Source of the DNA: Octopus vulgaris
Taxonomy: Eukaryota
Direction: 5' to 3'
Assembly (NCBI GenBank): GCA_951406725.2
Contig: OX597817.1
Span: 139,314,001-139,378,000, forward strand
Length of the DNA: 64,000 nucleotides
Each line of letters starts with the position of its first letter. The first letter of the stretch is position 1. The notes under the pieces were generated by a model. That model had not been told where the DNA came from, did no database searches, and saw only the letters and a program-made list of their open reading frames with translations. Positions 23,767 to 37,531 of the stretch are shown here, piece by piece. The translations under genes were made by a program, and so were the position numbers.

Positions 23767-26571
23767 ACATATACACACACACATACATATACATACACAC
23801 ACATGTATACATATATGCACACACACATATATACATGCATATACATATATATATATACATATATATATATATGTGTGTGTGTGTCTTATCTTTTATACTT
23901 GTTTCAATCATTAGACTGTGGCCATGCTGGAGCACTGCCTTGGAGAATTTTCAGTCGAATGAATCTGCCCCAGAACTTATTTTCTTAAGCTAGCACTCAT
24001 TCTATCAGTCTCTTTGGCCAAACTGCTAAGTTACAGGGACGTAAATACACCAACATCAGTTGTGTTGTCAAGTGATAGTGGGGGTGGGGGCCAAACAAAG
24101 ATACACACACACACACACACACACATATGTGGTGAGGACATATGGCCTAGTGGTTAGGGTGTTGCACCTACAATCACGAGATCATGGTTGCAATTTCTAG
24201 ACCAGCGATGTATTGTGTTCTTGAGCAAAACACTTCATCTCACATTGCACTGCAATCACTTCAACACGTGACATGCGGCACACCTGCGTGCACCTGTTCA
24301 GGCAAAGTGGATTTGATGGAGGGCAGGAGCTAATGTGCAGCATAAAACTTTTGATCACTTGAAAGAAAAAAATACAAATCATTTGTGCAAACCGTTTGGC
24401 AAAAAAGTGCCGAACACTCGTAGATTGTCTTTGACAGTAGTGAGGTCATCATCATGTGTATCATCATCATCGTTTAACGTCCATTATCCATGCTGGCATG
24501 GGTTGGACGGTTCAACTGGGGTGTGGCATGTCAGGAGGCTACACCAGACTCCAATCTGATCTGGTAATGTTAATGATATGTAGGTACGTGGTATTTCATT
24601 ATACCTATTTCTTTACTACCCACAAGGGGCTAAACACAGAGAGGACAAACAAGGACAGAAAAACAGATTAAGTCGATTAAATTGACCCCAGTGCGTAACT
24701 GGTACTTAATTTATCGACCCCGAAAGGATGAAAGGCAAAGCCTACCTCGGCGGAATTTGAACTCAGAATGTAGCGGCAGATGAAATACCGCTGGAGATGC
24801 TCTTTCTAACGCCAACCATTTCAAGAGTGTAGTGGGTGCTTTTTACATGCCACCAGCACAGGAGCTAGTCAGGCGGTACTGGCATATATATACAACAGAC
24901 TTCTTTCAGTTTCCATCTACCTAATCCACTCGCAAGGCTTTGGTTGGCCCAAGGGTCAGAGTAGAAGAAACTTACCCAAGGTGCCACAGAGTGGGATTGA
25001 ACCCAGAACCATATAGCTGGGAAGCAAGCTTCTTACCACACAGCTAATACCTTCAGTCTACATCTCTGTAGCAGCTTTTCATATTTTCATCTTCACGACT
25101 ATCCTTTCTACACAACGTATTATGGCCATGGAATCAATATGGGCACAGGGTGTGGTAGTCAGGGAGATTTAGTTAGCTTATCCATTCACATCATCATCAT
25201 CATCATCATCATTTATTAGCATTCGTCTTCTATATTGGCACCAGTTGGATGGTTTGACAAGATGGTTTGATAAGGCGGCGAGCTGGCAGAAACGTTAGCG
25301 GTATTTCGTCTGCCGTTATGTTCTGAGTTCAAATTCCGCTGAGGTCAACTTTGCTTTTCATCCTTTCGGGGTCAATTAAATAAGAACCAGTTACGCACTG
25401 GGGTCGATATAATCGACTTAATCCATTTGTCTGTCCTTGTTTGTCCTCTCTGTGTTTAGCCCCTTGTGGGTAGTAAAGAAATAGGTATTTCGTCTGCCAC
25501 TATGCTATAAGTTCAAATTCCACCGAGGTCGACTTTGCCTTTCATCCTTTCGGGGTCGATTAAATAAGTATCAGTTACACACTGGGGTCGATATAATCGA
25601 CTTAATGCGTTTGTCTGTCCTTGTTTGTCCTCTCTGTGTTTAGCCCCTTGTGGGTAGTAAAGAAATAGGTTTGACAAGATCCAACTTGTCCAAGAACTGC
25701 ATCAGGCTCCGGTGCCTACTTTGGTATGGTTTCTATGGCTGAACACCCTTCCAAATGCCAACTAATTTACAGAGTGTACCACACTGGTGAGGCTACTATG
25801 CAGCTTGTATGAGTGCAAAACCCACGTGGGTGACATTAAGCTAGGGGCTGAAGGGTTAAAGTATGAGGAGAAGGGGCCAGAGCAGAACAGGCCCCTGGCT
25901 GCAAAGGTGTTACACTGCTACTACTACTTTAGAAGAGAAGGTGAGAATGATTGGGGAGCCAGAAAGTAATAAAAATAAGGGTGATTAAGTGTCCAGGTGG
26001 ACCCTCAAAGTATGGGGTGAACAGAAGTGAGAGGGGACAGAGGAACTAAGACTGTGGATGGAGGTTGCAAGTAGGGACAGAGGAGCCAGGAGTTTATCAG
26101 TTATTCCTAAACTTACTACCAGATCTGACCACCACCACCAAAAATAAAATATATACTGCTTCTAATATAATTCTTCTTTCTTAAGAAGGATTAAAAACAC
26201 CTTTTTATCAATTAAGGAAATTAATCAGCCCCTATTTTCATAAATTAACACTGAATTAAGGGATTACTGTTGTCACTGTATTGCTGGCCCCAGGTCAGTC
26301 TTGACCAAGTACAGAAACTTCAATTAAAAGTATTCTGACCTTTATAGCTAGAATTAGTGTCCTTACATTTTTATGGCTGCATGGAGTGATTGGAGTGGAT
26401 TTGGCTGCTATGCCTAGCAGTCTGAATGACTGCACAGAGGTTCCCTTGTTGGTTTTTCTCATTGGAGGCGGAAGTGATGGTGGAGGTGATATATATGCAT
26501 GTCAAGATATTTCATTTAGATAAAAATGAAATAAAGTTCTCCAGATTACAGAAGATTAGAAAACACAGACA

Positions 26572-26602
<31 letters not shown>

Positions 26603-26653
26603 TGTCTCTCTCTCTCTCACACACACACTGTCTCTCTCTCTCTCACACACACA

Positions 26654-26685
<32 letters not shown>

Positions 26686-26971
26686 TTCCTGTCTAAAAGT
26701 ACTTAATGGCAAAACATTCCCTGTCTAACTGCGGCAACTACATAGGGAATTAAGTTTGTGAGAATGAAGAAGATGAAGTCAGGTTTACAAGAGAAAAGAA
26801 AATGTACGCAGGAGGGAATTCTAGTTTTTGGTCTTATATTTTGGTCTACGGCATTCATTACTCATCATTGTGATGATAAGTTAAAGATTCCATTCCATTT
26901 GTGGTTGGTCGATACTGTTGACACCTCTCACTCCCAGAAATATTCTTCTACTTTGGAAACTATTAACTTAC

Positions 26972-27003
26972 CAGGTGTAACTATGGCAACCTCAAGAAAC
27001 TGA
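26972..27003 (-). other. Candidate 28-32 nt 5' UTR micro-exon
   Basis: ctttttttttcttag|tcag| acceptors and CTG|gtaagt donor; no transcript evidence available. Confidence 0.35.
26977..26990. promoter_or_regulatory. RFX X-box-like motif GTAACTATGGCAAC
   Basis: Fits the GTHNYY-AT-RRNAAC X-box consensus at all positions. Confidence 0.4.
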
Positions 27004-27835
27004 CTAAGAAAAAAAAAGTGGTAAAAATCTGAAGGGGATTACCAAACATTTTTGCTTTGACTGGGAAACAAATGAACTCAAAAACCCAGTCTTCAGCAAT
27101 GCAATGGAGCTAATGTTATTAACTTCGGTAATTGCAGTAAAATTATATTAAATTTCAGTCAAAAAAAAAAAAAAATGGGAAAAAATAGGCAAGGGAGTAA
27201 AGGATTCTGTTCAATGTTGATTTAAAAAAAACATATGGCAAGGGGGTAGATGCGAGAAAGGGGTAGATGCAAGAAAAGGTTATATGCAAGGAAGAATTAT
27301 ATGGAAGGGGTAGATGCAGGGAAGGTTGTATCTTTCAGGATGTTCCTTTTTTTTTCTTTTCAGTGGGAGAGGGATCAGAGAGTACTAAGGTAGATTTTAT
27401 TACCTTTGATGGCAGAAGACACCCCTCTGACAAGAAGAAGAAAAAAAAGGTATTCACAACACACACACACAACACAGCTCAGTCAACTTCCATACACACA
27501 TACAACATTTATATAACACACACAAACACACACAAATACACACTCAGTCATTTTCACACTCAAACACAACATTTATAGACACGCACGTACACATTAGCGA
27601 CACTGTACATACAGCACAGCCCAGCTTTATTCTTGCACACACACACATGTAAACCCAAGGGCAATATGAAGTTGTAGAGGTGAGATGGAAGGGAGGAGGT
27701 AGAGTTATTATTAATTAGATAAATTACAGAGAGGAGGAGTAGAGATTACAATGTAATTTATGATAAAACTGCTAGGTTTGTGTGCAGGTCTATGTATGTA
27801 TGTATATATACACACACACACATTATATAAATATC

Positions 27836-27868
<33 letters not shown>

Positions 27869-29060
27869 AACAATAGGGTATATAAAATTCTACAATGCAT
27901 ACATACCTACAGGGTGTATATACAACAGGGTGTTTATGCAACTAAATAAGTCATTCTATTGGAAAGAAATGAAGCTAAAAAAAAGGGTAAAACTATGGAC
28001 AAGACAATAAGAGTGAGAAAAGACATTGATATTTTAATTGATTTTTAAAACACTAATGATCTTTAGTCATTAGTTTTCCACTGAAATTAATCAACAACCA
28101 GAACATTGTTCTTTAAAGACTGAAAAAACAATCTCAGTTCTTTGAAAGACACTTTGAAGCTTTAAGAAACAAATTTTAAAGTTTCTGAATCACTAAATAA
28201 ACACCAGTTATAAAGTGAAGGAAAATTCTTTTCCTATTCTACAATGTTGGTCTTGTATTCAATAAAAACAAAAAACAAAAAAAAAACTAGTTATATTTGC
28301 TATCTAAATCTTTAGTTCAATCCTATTCAAGTCACTTCATTCTAAGTACTCCAGGACATGTAAGAGAAGTACCAGTAATACACTGGTATCTGTTTAATCA
28401 TATTATACTCCTATTTCTAAATAGGTGTAAAAGTAATCCTGTGTCAAGCAATCTAAAATTATAAACACACATTTCTGCAGTGTGCACAATACTAAGTACT
28501 ACAAGAAATGAGCTTTTATCAAGCTGAGACCATGCTGGGTGTAGTGTTTCATCTCAATGGAAAATCTTCATTTTATTTACATTCCTAACATTTTACACAA
28601 AGCCATCGATCATCACAAAGCTCATTGATTCCAGCTGACAAATAATGCGTAATGTGGAGAAACTAATATTTCTATCAATTTCTGTTGACATGACATTCCG
28701 AAGATTTCGGTGATTAACACAATCGTTTAACATTGAACAAGACAAAGAACAAACAAATTCTACAGAGAATAAAGTCAAAATTCCAATAATAAAGAGACTA
28801 ATAAAGGGGGGGGGGGGGGAATTGCCAGAATAGAATAAATGTAATAATTACGGCAACTAACTAATTAGTCGATTAATATGTTCTTCCAAATGATTCTTCG
28901 TCAGTAAAAACGACAACACACATGCATAATAAGTCTGCAGAACACATGTACGTGCATGCACAGGATTACAGAAAAAGACATACATACATGCATGCATGCA
29001 AGCACATATGTGCACATGTCTATAGAAATGTTAAAGAAAAGTGAAACACGGCATACTCAC

Positions 29061-29154
29061 GGTGCAAGTTAACTTGTAGAGAAATAAAATTCAGTGAAGA
29101 ACCAATGTTGGTGTCATCTGAGAGATGATGTCTTGTTTACAGAGAACAAACCAT
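29061..29154 (-). other. Candidate non-coding 5' UTR exon of CRLF3 (94 nt)
   Basis: Long pyrimidine tract ttcttgtttcttttccctttcgttag| and donor ACC|gtgagt in unique sequence. The ATG exon has its own acceptor, so an upstream exon is needed. Confidence 0.5.
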
Positions 29155-29185
29155 CTAACGAAAGGGAAAAGAAACAAGAACCCTA

Positions 29186-29219
<34 letters not shown>

Positions 29220-29814
29220 GTAGCATCAACATCAAGTTGCCGATAAGAATTATTCCATTTTTATCTCATGATTCCCGGCAGGAGGGGGGGGGGGCAGGCG
29301 GGGGGGTTGGGGAGAAGGTGGATTTACAACCGGTCTGTGCTGACAGTCAGTCCAGCGGAACAACAGGAAGAAAGGGTACAGCTGGAGGGGGGCATGAGAA
29401 GAAGAAAAGGGATAATAAGAGGACGAGAGGTTGAATACCAAAGGTTTCGGGTTGGGTAGTGGGTAGAGGGAGCAGGGTAAACGCGAAACAAAAAAAAAAA
29501 AACTAACGGGAGGAGGAATAAATTTATCATACCTCAGCCCCACACCCAAAGCCCTAGTAGTTCTCTCTCTCTCTCTCTCAGACATACATTCCCGTTCCCC
29601 CCCCCCCTCTACTTGATAACTAACATCTTTTTCATGTCGGAGTCTGAATCATCCTTCGTCGGCAGCAGCCAATCTCCTTACCATTATTCTTGGGAGATGT
29701 TTACTGCCATGTATCACAAACGGGACAACCCAATGTATTTATTTCCTAAGGTAGTTCAGGGCAATGTGGATATACACTGTTGTCTATGCGTGGGTATACG
29801 TATATATGTATGCC

Positions 29815-29847
<33 letters not shown>

Positions 29848-30378
29848 TGCACGAAGAATACATGCGACTGCAGCAATTACAAATCTTGTGTCACCAACCA
29901 CAGACGAAGTGCGAGACAATAGGGGCAGCCTCCACGCAGTCGCTCGAACTGTAAGAAATAGCGACCAAATCAACCTCAAACTGTGCGCTATCAGCTTAAA
30001 TAGAGATGCATTGGACAAAGATATCTCCGGTTCACACGCAAAAAAAAAACAGGGTGGTCATGTTTGGAACGGTGCTAATCACAAATCTGTCAGATCAAGG
30101 CAACACTAGTGATGGGAGAAATTGTTCAAGCTGTAAAATATAGAACCACCAACGGCAGAGAGGAGAGAAAGCTTAATTAATCAACCAAATTTAGATTAAC
30201 GCATATATAGACGTCTGTGTGTACATAATACACGCAAACAGCTGTGTGTGAGTGTGTGTAATACACATGCACACCTCTCTCTTTCATATATATATAAATA
30301 TATATATAGAGAGAGAGATGCTAACATTCATCTGCAGACAGCTATAAAACATGCATAAATATACATACGATTAAAGGC

Positions 30379-30418
<40 letters not shown>

Positions 30419-31619
30419 TATATTACGTACATACATAACGCAGTTACACAATATACATACGTGCATGGAAATGTAAATAAATGCTTATAGATATACCTCA
30501 GTGTATATATACACGACACGCACGCAAGCACGCACACAGGGGTGAGTCTCGACCTGCAAGAAATAGCAGCAAAACCTCCGTCGAATACGAATCGATTGTC
30601 AAATAATGAAGGGTGTATTTTATACTGCAGGGACACCTTTCGTTATATGTCTGTTCGAGTAGGTCCGGCGGCCTAGGGCTACACACCAACCACAACAAAA
30701 TAGAGATGCATTTATTAAAGTGTATTACGTACAAATAGGTGTGTATGCAACGTGTGTAGTGAGGTAGACATATACACACTAAAATATAAAAGCTTGCCTC
30801 AACACACATGTCCACATTAATTTAATAAAATACAAACCTCATTCAAAGTAGAATGGTGAGGGCGACAGTAATTAGCAAGGTTGGTTTGCTGTTCTCCTAG
30901 GTAAACTCTAGCAGCCGCTTCGCCCTTTAATATCCCACCAAGGGCCGACCGATATCGCTGATGCTGTCAATGGTGAGGTGAAGCATTGGGTAATTTGAAA
31001 ATGACTGGACGGAAACGGTCGTTTTATTGAAAGCTGCGTCAGAAATTACTGATTCCACCGAAGTCAAATACAGACTGGAACTAATGTCTGTCGGCAAACC
31101 AGTAAACACGCAGAATTAATCCATCAATCGATCTCTATGTTAGTGTGTGTGTGAGAGAGAGAGGAGAGAGTTACCAGAGAGAGAGAGAGAGAGCGTGTGT
31201 GTGTGTGTAAACTTACACAACTTTATTGACAGGCAATGTAAATAATTCTTTCTGCAATATCACAAGGCCAGCAATTTTGAGCCGATTAAGGATTCTGCAA
31301 GCTCGATGCCTTCAATAATGATGATGGTGGTGGTGGTATTTTATTAGCCACAGGAGTATAAATGGTGGGGGGCATCACAAAGACAGTCTACAATCTGTGT
31401 GAGGGCTTGCATAAAAGATAAGGAGAAAGAAATGGAAAAGATGGTGAAAAGAGATAAAAGTTTACATAATATATAAATTAAGCGATAACATGAATTTTGT
31501 AGTCCTCCTTAATACGGGAAAAACTCCAAGACCAATCAAGGAACCGCACACACCCAGGATTACTCTGACCACAAAATTAACAAGCCCTCGACTAACTGTT
31601 GTTTTCTAATCAACAGGGA

Positions 31620-32020
31620 CATATTTAGACTAGGGCCATTTTGCCAGTCCCCTATCTTTTTACTGATAGCACATTCCTCTCTCCGCCTTCACTTCCCAAG
31701 AACCCTTAACCGAAGAAGATAGTGTCTTTGCTTGATCCTGTCAACCTCATCCACCACAGCCTCTTTCGCCATTGCCACCAGATAGAGGAATAACGTCTGC
31801 TCTGCCTTGTTAAAAGGCAAGCGGGAAGGCCGATCCTCACGATGGATTCCTCCCATACACGATAACAACTGTTCAGCACAACTCTACACGTCAACAATGC
31901 CCGGACACCGGACACTGCACGAGTGAGAGCAGAGCGGTTTCGTGGATCTGAGACAGTCCCGCTTGGTGGTGCTTCCGTTCCTATGAAGTTCATCTAGAAT
32001 CGACAGTGCCCCTCGGTAGC
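31620..32020 (-). mobile_element. Degraded Tx1/L1-like ORF2 C-terminus (zf-RVT region)
   Basis: Across frameshifts reads GALSILDELHRNGSTTKRDCLR / ETALLSLVQCP / FNKAEQTLFLYLVAMAKEAV / WWMRL, resembling GALP..LH....C..C..ET..H....CP...AK..IW..R. Confidence 0.6.
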
Positions 32021-33177
32021 ACTGATAATTAATAATAATAATAAATCTTTCTAAATTTTTAGCACAAGGCTAGTAATTTTGAAGGGATGGGAAAGTCAAT
32101 TCCATTGACCCAAGTACTCAACTAGTACTTTATCAATCCCGAGAGGATGAAAGGCAAGGTCGACCTCGGCGAAATTTCTACTCAGACTGTAATGAGTCGG
32201 AAGAAATGGCGCAAAGCATTTTATCCGACGTGCTAACCATTCTGCCATTAACACTGACAACGATTGATTTTTGCCTCAGCACAACATTCCGAATAAAGAA
32301 TAAATTAATGTGATGTATTCAATATCTAATTGTCGTGGGCATTGACGACATGACAATGTCGTGAACAGCAACACGACAGCAATGGTGACGGAGGAGATTA
32401 GCAGCAGCAGCAGCAGCAATGCGGAAAATTGCAAAGTTATAAATTAAACGATGACACGATAAGAGGGAAACAGGATCTGGAACGAGTTGAATCTTTAGAT
32501 AAACTGATACTTCAATACACGGTCTCAGTAAACAGCTTTTACTTCTTCAAAATATTTACCGAAAAGAATAAACGTTGAAAATATTTTCATCATCATCATC
32601 GTTTAACGTCCGTTTTCCATGCTAGCATGGGTTGGACGGTTCGACCGGAGTCTAGGAAGCCAGGAGGCTGCACCAGGCTCTAGTCTGATCTGGCAGTGTT
32701 TCTACAGCTGGATGCCCTTCCTAACGCCAACCACTCCGTGAGTGTAGTAGGTGCTTTTTACGTGCCACCGGCACAGGTGCCAGGGGAGGCTGGCAACGGC
32801 CGCGATCGGTTGGTGCTTTTTACATGCCACCGGCACAGGTGCCAGACGAAGCTGGCCGAGGGGATAAAATATTTTCAACATTTATTCTTTTCTTCTTTTA
32901 AACAATTTCCTTAACTTTAGTTTCCTTCCAACCATTGAAAAATAAAGCCATTAGCTATGAAATATGGCTGATCGATACAACATAAGGAGGACTCTAACTT
33001 GAAGAAATCGTTTTTTGATGATAAAATCACATCTAGACTTTAAATTCATTTGTTAAGTAGGGTTTGGGAGAAGTGACAGGATTGCTGGATGAAAATGCCT
33101 TACTTGTAAGTGTAAAAGGCTCAAATGTAACCCGGAAGCGAAACTTGGCTGTTAAATCGAGGGGCCTACTTTTTATA

Positions 33178-33576
33178 GGCGCAGGAGTGGCTGTGTGGTA
33201 AGTAGCTTGCTTACCAACCACATGGTTCCGTGTTCAGTCCTACTGCGTGGCACCTTGGGCAATTGTCTTCTACTATAGCCTCGGGCCGACCAAAGCCTTG
33301 TGAGTGGATTTGATAGTCGGAAACTGAAAGAAGCCCGTCGTATATATGTATATATATGTACGTGTGTGTATATGTTTGTGTCTGTTTGTCCCCCACCCCA
33401 ACATCGCTTGACAACCGATGCTGGTGTGTTTACGTCCCCGTAACTTAGCGGTTTGGCAAAAGAACCGATAGAATAAGTACTAGGCTTAAAAAGAATAAGT
33501 CTTGGGGCCGGTTTGTTTGACTAAAGGCGGTGCTCCAGCATGGCCACAATCAAATGACTGAAACAAGTAAAAGAGT
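33178..33576 (+). mobile_element. Full-length tRNA-derived SINE family A with internal (TA/TG)n (minus copies at approx. 5765-6130, 23885-24125, 24890-25045, 34220-34570, 54180-54400, 57420-57585)
   Basis: A-box tggctgtgtggtaag, B-box-like gttcagtcc, CORE-like accttgggcaa.tgtctt, 3' end aaacaagtaaaagagt. Confidence 0.9.
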
Positions 33577-34824
33577 CAGTCATGAAAAAAAAAAGACACT
33601 TCCAAATTAGAAACTATCTTCTCCACTTCAGGTCCCTTAAATGGGGTTTATGCTGTTACAGGCTCATGGAACATAACCCCACGCACAGAAAATAAGTTAA
33701 TTTCTTGATGTATTGTGCCCCATTTGATCCACCTTGTAGGGTATAAAAGGGAGAAGGGTTTTCCTGTTGCAGTCCCCTGCCAGATAACTCTTTGCAATTG
33801 GGGTAATATCGTTGAGTCCTTAATGTATTCCTCAGAGATCCACAGGGTGCCAATCCCTAAGACTTTGTTTTATCTTTTTACACAACACAAATCAATATCG
33901 AAACAAGAGGGAATAAGTTAAATCTCCTGGAAGACTCCACTCGCGAATTCTTATTTAATGTCTGTCTTTGATTATCTGAAAGTATCCAGTCACAAAACTG
34001 AACTTCTTCCCCCACAGGACAGAAATATGAAACCCTGAAGGGATTCACACATCCGTTCGCGTCTCTCGTTTGCACCCTAAAAACAAAGACTTCCACTTTC
34101 GCTGGCTCAAGTTTACTCCATTTTCAATTAACTGGACTAATTGGTTAGTTTTACCATTCTTGCATCATTCGAAATCAATCTAAAATCACAAAACAAGCCA
34201 AAAAGTAAATATCTTTTTTCTTACTCGTTTCAATTATTAGACTGTGGCCATGCCAGAGCACCGCCTTGAAGGGCTTTAATAGACTGAATCGACCCCATTT
34301 TTTTTTAAAACCTGGTCTCTCTTGCCAAACTGAATCGCTAAGTTACAGGGTTGTAAACACACCAACACTGGTTGTCAAGCAGTGGTGAAGGACAGACAAA
34401 CACAAAAACATACATATACATATATATATATATATACGACGGGCTTCTTTCAGCTTCCGTCTACTGAATCCACTCGCAAGCTTGGAGCGGTCGGTCCCAG
34501 GCTATAATGGAAGACACTTGCCCATGGTGCCATGCAGTGAGACTGAACCCGAAACCATGTAGTTGGTACATTTCTAAGCACACACACACATATATATATA
34601 TCTATAAAACCAACTGATTGTTACGTATTTCTTCCTCCAGTTCTAGAGAGGTTATGCGCCTTCGGCCATTTGAGTCTGATGGGTCGCCTATACTGCTAAG
34701 CGCTTTATAGGTGCAAAGCCAATGGTCACTCTATGACTGATCGTAACTTTTAATTTCTTTGCATGGCTCAGTGATTAGAGCGTTGGTCTCACAATCATGA
34801 GGTAGTGAGTTCAATTCCTGGGCC

Positions 34825-35491
34825 GAGAAACTGTTTTCCCCATGAGAATTCCGGACCTCAGTTATAAGCTCATTTGCATACAGCCAATCAGAGCTCAACT
34901 ATCAAACTAATTTATGAGCGCATAACAAGTGATGGGGGATAAGATAAGGTCACTTAGATAAGGAATGACCATGCTTCTTTTCTGTTTTAATAATGCTTGT
35001 TGTTCTTGTTCCAACCATGGCTGCCTCTACGTAATTATCTGTTATTGTTTACTTTGTAAAACAATAAGTAGAAAGGGTTGCTCGCACATCACCCTCTAGC
35101 CACACTTTTCCCATCCACATCTTTACCATCTGGGGCCCTAACAAAATCCGATAATAGGTATAGATGCAAATCTGTCTAATTACTTGTCTCCTAAAATCAG
35201 GCATAACTTGGCAGCGATCGGTCAACTTACAACACCGTTCTTCATCTTGAGTTTACTTGGTAGAGTGTGTTTTACTAAGAGATTGGTTGTTTTTTTTAAC
35301 ACATTCACGAATGTGGTGTTGGGCTTTGAAGCTAGGCATAATCTCAGAGCTGAACGGATTTGATCCTTCATTATCCGCATGGCTGTCTCTGCATAGATGT
35401 TTGTGTACAAGGTTAAGGGGAACTCTGATTGGCTGTATGCAAATGAGTTCGTTACTGGGTCCGGAACTCTCGTGGGAAAAAAATTTCGCTC
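34825..35491. mobile_element. Mutator-like non-autonomous element with about 70-bp TIRs, inserted in a SINE
   Basis: gag...ttccggacc.cagt...ctcatttgcatacagccaatcagag at both ends in inverted orientation; flanks cctgggcc / cctggccg; host SINE resumes on either side. Confidence 0.8.
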
Positions 35492-36717
35492 CCTGGCCGG
35501 GCTGTGTTCTTCAGCAAGACACTTTATTTCACATTGCTCTAGTTCACTCAACTGTATAAATGAGTTGCAATGTCACTGGTGCCGAACTGTATCGGCCCCT
35601 TTGCCTTTCCCAATGGAAAAGTGTAAAACTTAAGTGAATAAAATAATAATGCAAAATCCCAGTTTCTTTTGGGCACCCACCCTCGTATTCTGCTTTTTTA
35701 CATTCTGAATTCAGGTTCTGCTTCTGTCAAACTCAGAGCTTTCCCTCTTCTAGAGTTAATAAAATAAAAGTTCCTGCAAGCCGTTGAATTGGTAGACTTG
35801 GAGCTTTTGGAAAATTCTGCAGTATTTTTACTGGTCTTTATGTGTTTATCTTGACAGGTGCAAGTTAAGCGGTTTTGAAATTAGAAGGGATTGTTTGCAA
35901 CCGGACGGTGCAAAAAAAAAAATAGGAGATATTATATATATATATACACGATACCAGCATCGCATTACTGGCACCTATGCCGGTGGCATGTGTAAAAGAT
36001 TCGAGCGAGGTCGTTGCCAGTACCGCCTGACTGGCCCCATGCCGGTGGCACGTAAAAAGTACCCGCTACACTCTCGGAGTGGTTGGCGTTAGGAAGGGGA
36101 TCCAGCTATAGAAACTCTGCCAGATCAAGATTGGAGCCTGGTGCAGCCTTCTGGTTCGCCAGCCCTCAGTCATTCATCCAACCCATGCTAGCATGGAAAG
36201 CAGATGTTAAACGATGATGAGTGAGTGGACAAACAAAAAAAGGGCACTCAACACGTTTATTGGAAGTTACATGTATAAATCAAAACAGATTGATTCAGAT
36301 TCCTTGGTACTCTGAGTTTCAAGCACGTGACGAGTCTTCAGCCATTGGGATATAGTCATGTTGAAATGTTCAATCCCAACACATTTTCCTCTCTCTCCCC
36401 ATTTTCCCCCCTCTTAATGCTTTCTGCCAAAGAGCGTAGGCTCGAGACATCAAAGACTTGTTCTTCCATTCTTTCCGAGCGTTAAACTAATACACCTGCT
36501 TGTTCTTTCACCTGTTTTTGTCTTTTGTTTTCTGTAAATTTGAAGTATATATATATATATATATATGTGAAGACCCATTGAGGCAAGTGAGGATCAGAAT
36601 CGAAATCGATCAATGGAAATCGATCTTCTGGCTTCACAGACCCCAGCAGAACCGTCCAACCCATGCTAGCATGGAAAACGGACGCTAAATGATGATGATG
36701 ATGATGATGATGATATA

Positions 36718-36780
36718 TATAATCAAAATAAGCAACAAGAATAACTACCGAAGTTATTCTTGTTGCTTATTTTGATTATA
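36718..36780. repeat. Perfect 29-bp inverted repeat with 5-nt loop
   Basis: tataatcaaaataagcaacaagaataact-accga-agttattcttgttgcttattttgattata. Confidence 0.95.
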
Positions 36781-37220
36781 ATCACCCCATGGATTTATAT
36801 GGATAACACCATACAAAATTCTGGTGCATCTAACTTAAGTACCATATTCATTTGAATCTAAATTCACTCCGTTCACGCTGTAAGACTCTCTCTCTCTACT
36901 TCACCTTTCTCACCTCTTCGAGATCACATCTACCAAGTACGACCCAAGACAACCGTTTATTGATTATCCCAAAGTAACTCCTGTCCACATCAATCTTTGT
37001 ACCATCTCTTCTCCCGCTGAAACAGATATACAACATACAATAGTGTGTTCAATCACAGGGGGAAAAAAATAACATTTCTACCCTCCCTACTTAATTACTG
37101 ACTTAATTACTGAAATACAAATATTTCACTATCATAAACGATAACCTCTTTAAGTCCTGTCGACAATAGCTGCCTTCAGCAGTCTCCTCAACACCATCAC
37201 TGTTACAAATAGAGTAATGA

Positions 37221-37531
37221 CTAGCACTATGACACGCGAGTACTGTCCAAATCTCCGACCAATCACATACAGCTAGCTAGCATTCAATTGGTGTATCAAG
37301 TTTCAGGCATTTTGATTGGGTTTTGGATAGAAAATTCACTAAAAAGTCACTTCTATTGAATTTTTAATGGCTTTGCGGGGTGACTGGAGAAATGTAAAGA
37401 TGTGCACGACCACCTTTGGACGGTTTTGAATGACCATAGAAAGTGCGAGCCCTCTAACTGAAAAATTGTGGATTTGTATAAAGAACACACACACACACAG
37501 ACAGACATTTTGCCGTTTATGTATACAGAGA
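37221..37531 (-). mobile_element. Non-autonomous Helitron (different family)
   Basis: Minus strand A|TCTCTGTATACATAAA..tgtctgtctgtgtg start and ..catagtgCTAG|T end; 3' hairpin decayed. Confidence 0.65.

Noticed and set aside
27232-27330. Degenerate repeat of about 16 bp (ggggtagatgc)
   Set aside because: Short, decayed tandem repeat with no further structure.
30927-31109. 60-aa ORF near the presumed promoter
   Set aside because: No recognisable homology, a non-ATG start and no supporting splice structure.
33178-33255. tRNA genes
   Set aside because: A/B-box heads continue into SINE bodies and lack a complete cloverleaf.
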